DNA from: Pseudomonadota bacterium
GTDB lineage: Bacteria; Bdellovibrionota_C; UBA2361; OMII01
Reading direction: 5' to 3'
Assembly: GCA_038134595.1 (NCBI GenBank)
Contig: JAYPVM010000013.1
Coordinates: 1-57,302, forward strand
DNA: 57,302 nt
The position numbers were made by a program, and so were the translations under genes. This document shows, piece by piece, positions 39,843-48,284 of the stretch. Each line of letters starts with the position of its first letter. Position 1 is the first letter of the stretch. The notes below the pieces were generated by a model. That model was not told the origin of the DNA and ran no database searches. It saw only the letters and a program-made list of their open reading frames with translations.

Positions 39843-42320
39843 GTGGAACACCCATCATTTGTATTAAAATTTGGAGGCACGTCGGTGGCAAGTCCTGCCA
39901 CTATTGAGCGCATAATTGCGCTAACCACCGACACGAAACGATATCCAGAAGGCTCTATCAAAGCCATCGTCTTCTCAGCCTTTCAGGGCGTTACCGACCA
40001 GCTCATTACCCTCGCGACCAAAGCTGCCGATAAAGATAAAACGAAGGCTTGTACCATAACGACGGATATTGAAGAGAGACACATTCAAGCAGTACATGAG
40101 CTTATCCCCGCAGAGAGACGCGGGCGAGTCCTTGCTGAGGTAAGCTCATTACTCCAAGAATTACAGGATATTCTCCACGGCATATCCCTCATTGGAGAAT
40201 GCTCTCTGCGCACGCTTGATCACGTCACAAGCTTTGGCGAACGTTTGTCTTCGTGCATTATCGCAAGAGCATATGAGAATACTGGATTTCCGGTCTCACT
40301 CCTCGACAGCACATCGTTAATCGAAACTACAGGAGATTTTGGCGCAAGTATTCCAAATACGAACCGTTCATACGAGCGCATCCAGTCTGCCTTCAAAGCC
40401 TTATCCCACACCGCTATCATACCCGGATTTATAGCCTCGAATGAATCTGGAGTAATCACCACCTTAGGACGGGGAGGATCCGATTTAACCGCTTCGGTAA
40501 TCGGTGCTGCACTCAAGGTCGATGCAATTGAGATCTGGACCGATGTTGACGGAATTTTGACCGCCGATCCCAGAAAAGTAGCACAGGCATTTGCAGTCCC
40601 AAACGTTAGCTTCGAAGAGGCGATGGAGCTCTCTCACTTCGGAGCAAAAGTGCTGTATCCTCCTACCATTCAGCCCGCAGTGGCACTATCGATTCCAATT
40701 GTCATCAAAAACACATTCAATCCAGATAGCCCCGGCACCACCATCTGCAAGAAAAATTCTCCCTGTACGCAACAACCCATCACCGGCATCTCATCAATCG
40801 ATTCTGTGGCCCTTATCCGCTTGCAAGGCTCGGGAATGATCGGAGTGTCGGGCATCGCCAGCCGGTTCTTTAAAGCACTAAGCTTAGCTTCCATAAACGT
40901 TATTCTTATCACACAAGCCTCGTCCGAACACACAATTTGCTGTGCTATTGCCCCCAACCAGACCGCCAAAGCATCGCGCGCAGTTCAAGAGGAATTCGAA
41001 CTCGAGATTGAAGCAGGTCGCATTGAGCCACTTCATGTAGAAGAGAGTCTTTCTGTTATCTCGATCGTAGGGGATCGAATGCGAAAAACACCCGGTGTCT
41101 CTGCCCAGATATTTCAGGCACTCGGCAATCACGGCATTAACATAGTAGCAATTGCGCAAGGATCTTCAGAGAGAAGCATCTCAGCGGTAGTAGCAATGCG
41201 CGACGAATCAAAAGCACTCAATGCAATTCACGATGAATTTTTTCTAAGTAAAACCAAAAGCATACATCTTTGGGTGGCAGGAACCGGGCTCATCGGCAAA
41301 ACACTCCTTCAACAAATTGACCAACAAAACGATACCCTGTTACATCAATACGGAATCGACATAAAACTTCATGGACTCTTAAACAGTCGGACAATGCGGT
41401 GCACGACAGATCCCTCACGCCCATTATCCCTCACCTCACCACTTTCTGATAATGATGCGCCAGCTGATCTTGCTGCGTTTGTGACAGACTGTATTGAAAA
41501 GAATCTTCCACACTCAATTTTCGTTGATTGTTCTGCTCACGATGCCCCTACTCTCCACTATCAAGAACTTCTTAAACACAGTATCGCTGTCGTAACTCCT
41601 AACAAACGGGCATTCTCCAGCACATACGATTTATATAAAGATATCATCAAAAGTTCGAGCACCCATCGCACACCACTTCTCTATGAAACATCTGTTGGTG
41701 CTGCACTGCCTGTACTCAGCACCCTGCGGGATTTAATACAGTCCGGAGACAAAGTTGAGCGAATAGAAGCTATTTTATCCGGGACTCTAAGCTTTATCTT
41801 CAATTCGATGCGGATTAATCACTTGAGTTTTAGTGAAGCGGTACTCGAAGCCAAGAGACTAGGCTTCACAGAACCCGATCCCCGCGACGATCTGTCAGGC
41901 CTCGACGTTGCAAGAAAGGTTCTTATCCTGGCACGAGGCGCCGAAATCGATCTTGAATTACAAGAGGTGTCTCTTGAACCGCTAATACCGAGCGAAGCTA
42001 CTGAGGGAACAGCCGAGATATTTCTCGAAAACCTAACTGATCTCGACAGTGATTTTCAGCGACGGCTCGATGTCGCTAACGAAAACGGTGAGTCGCTCTT
42101 TTTTAGCGCAACCGTAGACTGCCTGTCTGGCAGAGCCTCCATTGGGCTTCAATCGGTGCAGAAAAATCACCCCTTTTGCGGACTCTCAGGAGCCGATAAC
42201 ATGATTGCATTCACCACGGCACGCTATAAGGAACGGCCTCTTGTGGTGCAAGGGCCGGGCGCTGGGGCAGAGGTGACGGCGGCTGGAGTTTTCGCCGACA
42301 TAATTCGAGCAATACGCTAA
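39843..42320 (+). CDS. thrA: Bifunctional aspartate kinase / homoserine dehydrogenase I
   Basis: VLKFGGTSV, TTLGRGGSD, two ACT domains, TEPDPRDDLSGLDVARK and GPGAGAEVTAAGVF. Confidence 0.97.
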   Translation: MEHPSFVLKFGGTSVASPATIERIIALTTDTKRYPEGSIKAIVFSAFQGVTDQLITLATKAADKDKTKACTITTDIEERHIQAVHELIPAERRGRVLAEVSSLLQELQDILHGISLIGECSLRTLDHVTSFGERLSSCIIARAYENTGFPVSLLDSTSLIETTGDFGASIPNTNRSYERIQSAFKALSHTAIIPGFIASNESGVITTLGRGGSDLTASVIGAALKVDAIEIWTDVDGILTADPRKVAQAFAVPNVSFEEAMELSHFGAKVLYPPTIQPAVALSIPIVIKNTFNPDSPGTTICKKNSPCTQQPITGISSIDSVALIRLQGSGMIGVSGIASRFFKALSLASINVILITQASSEHTICCAIAPNQTAKASRAVQEEFELEIEAGRIEPLHVEESLSVISIVGDRMRKTPGVSAQIFQALGNHGINIVAIAQGSSERSISAVVAMRDESKALNAIHDEFFLSKTKSIHLWVAGTGLIGKTLLQQIDQQNDTLLHQYGIDIKLHGLLNSRTMRCTTDPSRPLSLTSPLSDNDAPADLAAFVTDCIEKNLPHSIFVDCSAHDAPTLHYQELLKHSIAVVTPNKRAFSSTYDLYKDIIKSSSTHRTPLLYETSVGAALPVLSTLRDLIQSGDKVERIEAILSGTLSFIFNSMRINHLSFSEAVLEAKRLGFTEPDPRDDLSGLDVARKVLILARGAEIDLELQEVSLEPLIPSEATEGTAEIFLENLTDLDSDFQRRLDVANENGESLFFSATVDCLSGRASIGLQSVQKNHPFCGLSGADNMIAFTTARYKERPLVVQGPGAGAEVTAAGVFADIIRAIR

Positions 42321-43309
42321 TGAAGAAATGTGAAAGAATCGAATCTGTAACAGTTCATGCCCCAGCTACTGTGGCTAATGTTGGAAGCGCCTTCGATGCT
42401 ATTGGATTTGCAGTGCATAACCTTGGGGACACCGTTACAGCCTCACTCTCCGAAGCCAACCTCATACAGATCCGCTCAATTGAGGGCGATACGAATCAAC
42501 TTTCAAAGGATACAAAAAAGAACACCGCTTCTGTAGCTACCCATGCTCTCCTGTGTGCCCTTGGAATGGAAACGCAAGGCATAACGTTAGATATTCATAA
42601 AGGATTACCAATAGGCAGTGGCCTTGGCTCAAGCTCTGCGAGTGCCGCCGCGGCGGTTGTAGCAGTAAATGAGCTTCTGGGAAAACCCTTCTCCCGTCAT
42701 CAATTGGTACCATTTGCAATGGAGGGCGAGCGTATTGCTTGTGGCACCGCGCATGCTGATAACGTGGCGCCCGCTATCCTCGGCGGCTTCACACTTATTC
42801 GCAACACAGAACCCCTGGAAATTATCGAACTTCCCTCACCTACAGACATTTTTGTCTCAATAGTTGTCCCAAACATTGAGCTCCGAACCTCAGATGCCCG
42901 CAAGGTGCTACGAGACACTATCTCTCTACGCTCAGCGACACACCAATGGGCAAACGTTGCAGGTCTTGTCGCTGGTCTCTATCAAGGAGATTTAAACCTC
43001 ATCGGCCGTTCGATAGAGGATGTCATCATCGAACCTCAAAGAAGTAAATTAATCCCCGGGTTTTATGATGTCCAACAAGCCGCCCTCCAGCGAGGCGCTC
43101 TCGGCTGTTCAATATCTGGCGCAGGGCCATCTCTTTTCGCCTTAAGCGATTCGAACCAACGTGCACACGATATCGGACAAGCTATGACTACAGCGTGGAG
43201 CAATCACCGTATTAAAGCCGAATACATGGTCAGTCAAATCAATACGGACGGGGCAACATTGGTTCCATCCCCTGTGTCAGCAGAACAAACGACGACTGCC
43301 GCACTATGA
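42320..43309 (+). CDS. thrB: Homoserine kinase (GHMP family)
   Basis: APATVANV, PIGSGLGSS, HADNVAP and ISGAGP. TAATG coupling to thrA. Confidence 0.96.
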   Translation: MKKCERIESVTVHAPATVANVGSAFDAIGFAVHNLGDTVTASLSEANLIQIRSIEGDTNQLSKDTKKNTASVATHALLCALGMETQGITLDIHKGLPIGSGLGSSSASAAAAVVAVNELLGKPFSRHQLVPFAMEGERIACGTAHADNVAPAILGGFTLIRNTEPLEIIELPSPTDIFVSIVVPNIELRTSDARKVLRDTISLRSATHQWANVAGLVAGLYQGDLNLIGRSIEDVIIEPQRSKLIPGFYDVQQAALQRGALGCSISGAGPSLFALSDSNQRAHDIGQAMTTAWSNHRIKAEYMVSQINTDGATLVPSPVSAEQTTTAAL

Positions 43310-44619
43310 CTCTCTACAGCACAAGCAACAAGCAACTCAGAACATCATGGAAGCAAGCCGTACTGGCAGGACTAGCTCCAGATGGCGGTCTCTATATGCC
43401 AGAGTACATACCTACCTTTACAGAAGCGGACTTGCGGGAACTTAAGAATCTATCGTTCCCAGAACTCGCCGCTCACATAGCAGCCAAATTCATGGGAGAC
43501 GAGATAACTCTAGAGCAACTCAATGCGATCGCAGCTAAAAGTTTAGATATCCCACTGCCATTAAAGAAGCTTACAGACGATACGTATATCCTAGAATTAT
43601 TTCACGGCCCGACATGTGCCTTCAAAGACTTTGGGGCTCGCTTTATGTCTCACCTCTTTAGGCACTTTTGGGACAAACACTCAGAGCCCTTAACGGTAGT
43701 CACCGCCACATCGGGAGATACCGGTAGCGCCGTTGCACATGCATTCTACGACCAAAGTGAAGACCCACGCATTCGCGTTGCTATCCTTTATCCAAAGGGT
43801 AAGGTGAGTCCGATCCAACGCAAACAGATGACAACACTCGGACATAACATCACCGCCTATGAAGTCGACGGCACCTTTGATGACTGCCAAGCTCTTGCCA
43901 AACAAGCTCTCGCCGATACTGAGCTTCAAAAAGAGATGTGTTTAACATCTGCAAACTCGATAAACATCGCTCGCTTACTACCCCAGATGTTCTACTACGC
44001 CTATACATCGCTGCTCGTCGAGGATAGCCTTGATCCTCTATTCATAGTTCCCAGTGGAAACCTCGGCAACGTTGTAGGGTCACTATTCGCTAAAGCAATG
44101 GGATTTCGAATTGAACACTCCGTAGCTGCCTGTAATGCTAATAAAACGTTTGTGGACTTCCTGGAAGGTAATACATTTACACCCATGCCTTCCCTTCAAA
44201 CGATTTCAAACGCAATGGACGTCGGCAACCCCAGTAACATTCACAGACTCATCGCCCTACAAGAACAATGCGGTCTAGAAAACCACCAAGCTGTCTCAGC
44301 AATATCAATAAGTGATGACGAAACAAAAGAAGCCATGCAGGAATTATTCTCCAAGTATCACTACATCGCAGACCCGCATACGGCAGTTGCGGCTTCACTG
44401 ATTACAACCCAAAGAATCCCAGCACCTCTCAAGGAGCATCCAAAGATAGTGGTAGCAACAGCTCACCCTGCAAAATTTGGAGACACCGTCGAGCAAACAT
44501 TGGGGCTTACACCAGACCTACCGAAACAACTCTTGCACACCCAAGAAATGGAGGAATATCGTCACTCGCTAAATAATTCATATACCGATTTTGTTTCTAC
44601 TCTCAAGGCGCATCACTAA
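43306..44619 (+). CDS. thrC: Threonine synthase
   Basis: GLAPDGGLY, ELFHGPT.AFKDFG, ATSGDTG, SANSINIARL and VPSGN.GN. Confidence 0.97.
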   Translation: MTLYSTSNKQLRTSWKQAVLAGLAPDGGLYMPEYIPTFTEADLRELKNLSFPELAAHIAAKFMGDEITLEQLNAIAAKSLDIPLPLKKLTDDTYILELFHGPTCAFKDFGARFMSHLFRHFWDKHSEPLTVVTATSGDTGSAVAHAFYDQSEDPRIRVAILYPKGKVSPIQRKQMTTLGHNITAYEVDGTFDDCQALAKQALADTELQKEMCLTSANSINIARLLPQMFYYAYTSLLVEDSLDPLFIVPSGNLGNVVGSLFAKAMGFRIEHSVAACNANKTFVDFLEGNTFTPMPSLQTISNAMDVGNPSNIHRLIALQEQCGLENHQAVSAISISDDETKEAMQELFSKYHYIADPHTAVAASLITTQRIPAPLKEHPKIVVATAHPAKFGDTVEQTLGLTPDLPKQLLHTQEMEEYRHSLNNSYTDFVSTLKAHH

Positions 44620-44639
44620 TCCCAAGATTTACACCGACT

Positions 44640-45257
44640 TTAGCCACGTGCTTTCGACGCATCGGGGTCTATATACCACGTACCCTCTGTTTTTCCGTGT
44701 TTGGTCCGAGCATCGTACTCTCGATCCTTAAGTCTAATCTCCGCTGAGACTCTCTTGGCAATAGCGGAAGCCTCCTTGTTCGAGATCACGCCGCGCTCAT
44801 CCGCACTCTTATGAATCAACTCTATTATTTTTGGAGCACCTTGCTCTAGGTGGGCCACGTGATTTAGTTCATGCCTTTTTGTTTTTTCCAAAAAGGCCTT
44901 CCATAGCTTCCGCACTTGGGGACTAACTTTATCCTCATCGACAAGGCGTGGCATTTGAACCGTAGCAGAGCAAATCAAACGGACTGATGTGGCATCAACA
45001 CTACCATCTCTGAAATTTTGCCAGCGCCACTTCACATTCCACTGCGTGTATGCAAAGCGGATTTTTCCCTCTCTATCTCGAGGCCCCTTCGTGCGCAACT
45101 GCTCTTGCAACTCATCGGCAGTTTCGCCCGATACATCATAACTCGTGTATGTAATCGATGCGGGGCATATTTGCTCATCATCCGCTCGCAACAAGCTTGC
45201 ATAAAGTAAGATTAAAGAGAGTATTAAGAACCCTCCCAGCCGCCGTAAATCTCTCAT
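44640..45257 (-). CDS. DUF922 family secreted Zn-dependent protease
   Basis: Signal peptide, YDVSGET..EL...GP, HELNH (HExxH) and YD..T.HG. Confidence 0.85.
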   Translation of the reverse strand: MRDLRRLGGFLILSLILLYASLLRADDEQICPASITYTSYDVSGETADELQEQLRTKGPRDREGKIRFAYTQWNVKWRWQNFRDGSVDATSVRLICSATVQMPRLVDEDKVSPQVRKLWKAFLEKTKRHELNHVAHLEQGAPKIIELIHKSADERGVISNKEASAIAKRVSAEIRLKDREYDARTKHGKTEGTWYIDPDASKARG

Positions 45258-45869
45258 CTACTGAATGATAAATTCGGCAAACAAAACTCCAACAACCGCT
45301 GGCTGCTCCAGAGCAAGTGCTTCATTGAGGCCATCGACGATCTCATCTTTTAGTCGTAGCTTCCCCTCAGAAGTCAAAAGCTCTGTATCTTTTTTAGAAG
45401 TGAGGATGCTGATAATTACATCCCTAAACTTATTCATATTCTTTGCTATATGAGGATGCAGTCCTCCTCCAGCCTCCGCCTCGGCTGAACCCCCACTGGC
45501 GCCGCCGCCGTGTGCCTCACCACCATCGACACCTTCTACTAACATAGTCTGCTTGTCGAGCAGGTTAGCATCAAACTCGATTAGAATACGTGTCTTAACA
45601 AAAGAATGTGCGTCAGAGAGATTAACCGTAAAAAGTCCAATTTCGGCGATTTCAATCCGAGGAACCTCCTCGTGAGCCAATTCCTCATGAGCAGTATCCT
45701 CGGCGTGCTCTTCCACAGGAGCTCCCGACATTAACATCATCGGCACACCGGCACCGCCCACCAATCCAACTATACCCAGAACAGCAAAGAGCATTATCTT
45801 TTTCTTGTCTTTTTTAGGGGCTCCTTCAGTTTCGGTGGTGCCCTCTTCTTGCTTTTCCTCAGTTGCCAT
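45258..45869 (-). CDS. fliL: Flagellar basal body-associated protein FliL
   Basis: Charged N-terminus with KKK then a TM helix; FTVNL, RDVIISIL, EGK..LKDEI and V.F.EFIIQ C-terminus. Confidence 0.93.
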   Translation of the reverse strand: MATEEKQEEGTTETEGAPKKDKKKIMLFAVLGIVGLVGGAGVPMMLMSGAPVEEHAEDTAHEELAHEEVPRIEIAEIGLFTVNLSDAHSFVKTRILIEFDANLLDKQTMLVEGVDGGEAHGGGASGGSAEAEAGGGLHPHIAKNMNKFRDVIISILTSKKDTELLTSEGKLRLKDEIVDGLNEALALEQPAVVGVLFAEFIIQ

Positions 45870-45908
45870 CGTGTTTTTCCCTTGGGTTATAATGTCTCAA
45901 CAAAGGAG

Positions 45909-45936
45909 ATATCGACCCAGCTAAGAGAAAACATTA
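45909..45936 (-). promoter_or_regulatory. Putative sigma-28 (FliA/SigD) promoter of fliL
   Basis: TAAT-N16-GTCGATAT versus consensus TAAA-N15/16-GCCGATA(A/T). The -10 ends about 40 nt upstream of a flagellar gene. Confidence 0.6.
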
Positions 45937-45988
45937 GCAAAAAAAAAACCTCATGGGTGTAATATATTTAAGTACTTAGCTAGCACAC

Positions 45989-46240
45989 CTAACAGATCAT
46001 TGTAAGATCTGTTCTATCACATGCATCCAAAACTCCTCCGGAACGGGCGCAATGAGCGCAGCAATAGCACATATCTTTGCTCTCGATACCATGGCCGATA
46101 ATCCGACAACCACAGTGGCTACACTCAGGAGCCAATTTTTGAATAGCACACTCAAAACTATCGAATTCAAAGACCTCGTCTCGAATTCTTACCTCAAACG
46201 TTTTGTCGTACGAGTTCCTGCACGTGGCGCAAATGCCCAT
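45989..46240 (-). CDS. Small Cys/His-rich metal-binding protein ('prokaryotic metallothionein'-like family)
   Basis: CATCRNSYDKTFEV..FDSFECAI..LAP.CSHCGCRIIGHG.E...YCCAHCA. ATG at 46240 has a GAGG SD. Confidence 0.85.
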   Translation of the reverse strand: MGICATCRNSYDKTFEVRIRDEVFEFDSFECAIQKLAPECSHCGCRIIGHGIESKDMCYCCAHCARSGGVLDACDRTDLTMIC

Positions 46241-46378
46241 GTAAACCTCACAATAAGAGTCAAAGAACCACAAAATATCTTCAAAGGACGTAGGAAAGCT
46301 ATGACCAGCACTAGCTACCCAATTGAAAGAGAGAAGAACATACGGTATTGTGTCACGAAATCACGGATTTAGCAGATT

Positions 46379-48154
46379 ATGGAAATAAACACAGACCCCC
46401 TTTACGCCCTTCGACATTCACTAGCTCATGTACTTGCTCAAGCGGTACTGCAGATTCGACCCAACGCCAAATTAGCATTCGGCCCACCAGTCGATACCGG
46501 CTGTTACTACGACTTTGACCTCGATACACCACTTACACCCGACGACTTCAAAACAATCGAGAAGGCGATGAAGAAAATCATCGGCCAGCGACAACCGTTT
46601 GAACAATCAAGTCGCTCGGTCGCAGATGCTGTTGAGCACCTCAAAGACCGTCAAGAGCAATACAAAGTCGAATACTGCGAGGAGTTAGCCGCTCGCGGAG
46701 AGACCGAGATAGGCTTTTATGTAAACGGGCCGTTTGAAGACATGTGCGCGGGGCCACACCTGAATCACACAGGCGAGATCCCAGCCGATTGCTTCAAGAT
46801 AGACTCGCTGGCGGGCGCATACTGGAGAGGAGACGAAAACAACAAACAGCTCACGCGAATATACTGCCTAGCATTCTCAAACAAAGACGATCTCAAGAGC
46901 TATATCGACAAACGAGAGCTCGCCCGAGCTCGAGAACACAGAAAACTCGGCAAAGAGCTAGACCTCTACAGCATCGATCACGACGGAGTCGGCTCTGGGC
47001 TAATCCTATGGCACCCGAAAGGGGGCCTCATACGACACCTCATTGAAACTCACTGCCGTGATATGCATTTAGCTGGCGGGTATGAGTTTGTGTATTCACC
47101 ACACATCGGAAAAGCCACTCTCTGGGAAACCAGTGGTCACTTAGCATTCTACAAAGACGGAATGTTTGCGCCAATTGAGATCGACGAACAGCAGTACTTT
47201 CTAAAACCGATGAACTGCCCCTTTCACTGCAAGATTTATGATGCGGTGCCAAAATCGTATCGAGATCTTCCAAAACGATTCGCCGAATGGGGCACCGTAT
47301 ACCGTTTTGAGCGAAGCGGCACCTTATCAGGACTAACTCGCGTCAGAGGCTTTACACAAGATGACGCGCATCTGTTCTGTAGAGAAGACCAGATGCCCGA
47401 AGAGATAGATACCGTTCTGCAATTTAGTGTAAACCTACTCCGAGATTTTGGCTTACGGGATTTCCATCTCTACCTAAGCACCCGCCCCCAAGAGCGTGTG
47501 GGAGAAGAGGCAAAATGGGATGCCGCAGAGGCCGCGCTCAAACAAGCCCTTGAACGAAGTGAGCTTCCTTACTCGCTTAATGAGGGAGATGGTGCATTTT
47601 ATGGGCCAAAGATAGATATCTGTGTAAAGGACATGCTCGACCGAGAGTGGCAATTAAGCACCATTCAATTTGACTTTAATCTTCCAGAACGATTCGATCT
47701 ATCATTTACAGACTCAGACGGCGAAAAGAAGCGACCGTACATGATTCATAGAGCGTTATGCGGCTCAATGGAACGATTCTTCGCAATGCTCATAGAGCAT
47801 TACGGCGGAGCATTTCCAACGTGGCTAGCACCCGTCCAGACAATCCTTGTTCCAGTGAATGAAAGCTGTCAGGCATACTGCCAAAATGTAGCGACGGAGC
47901 TCTCTGCCGCTGGCTTTAGGGTCGAGGTGGATATAAGTGCCGATTCATTTAACAAAAAGATACGAAATGCCGTCACCAAAAAAGTTCCCAACATCGCCAT
48001 CATTGGTAACAAAGAGGCAGAAGAACAAACTCTCACACTTAGACGCTACGCTGTGAAGGAACAACAAACGATGCAAAAAGCTGACTTTATAGCGAGACTA
48101 CAAGAACTTGTCTCCTCAAAGACTATGGATAATTTTGCTGATAACGCCGCCTAA
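46379..48154 (+). CDS. thrS: Threonine--tRNA ligase (no N-terminal TGS domain)
   Basis: RHSLAH editing motif, DMCAGPH, GAYWRGD, HRKLG, KPMNCP and GAFYGPKID. Confidence 0.98.
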   Translation: MEINTDPLYALRHSLAHVLAQAVLQIRPNAKLAFGPPVDTGCYYDFDLDTPLTPDDFKTIEKAMKKIIGQRQPFEQSSRSVADAVEHLKDRQEQYKVEYCEELAARGETEIGFYVNGPFEDMCAGPHLNHTGEIPADCFKIDSLAGAYWRGDENNKQLTRIYCLAFSNKDDLKSYIDKRELARAREHRKLGKELDLYSIDHDGVGSGLILWHPKGGLIRHLIETHCRDMHLAGGYEFVYSPHIGKATLWETSGHLAFYKDGMFAPIEIDEQQYFLKPMNCPFHCKIYDAVPKSYRDLPKRFAEWGTVYRFERSGTLSGLTRVRGFTQDDAHLFCREDQMPEEIDTVLQFSVNLLRDFGLRDFHLYLSTRPQERVGEEAKWDAAEAALKQALERSELPYSLNEGDGAFYGPKIDICVKDMLDREWQLSTIQFDFNLPERFDLSFTDSDGEKKRPYMIHRALCGSMERFFAMLIEHYGGAFPTWLAPVQTILVPVNESCQAYCQNVATELSAAGFRVEVDISADSFNKKIRNAVTKKVPNIAIIGNKEAEEQTLTLRRYAVKEQQTMQKADFIARLQELVSSKTMDNFADNAA

Positions 48155-48252
48155 GACACTGCAGAATCACATACTTATCTTTTCACACCTGCTAAGGCAA
48201 CAAAGAGCCGACAAGGCGCCATAACCAGAAACAAATAATAAATACAAACAAC

Positions 48253-48280
48253 AACGCTAGTAGAACTAGCGTTTGTCTCT
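48253..48280 (+). terminator. Putative terminator hairpin downstream of thrS
   Basis: AACGCTAG-TAGAA-CTAGCGTT followed by TGTCTCT. Confidence 0.45.
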
Positions 48281-48284
48281 GTTA

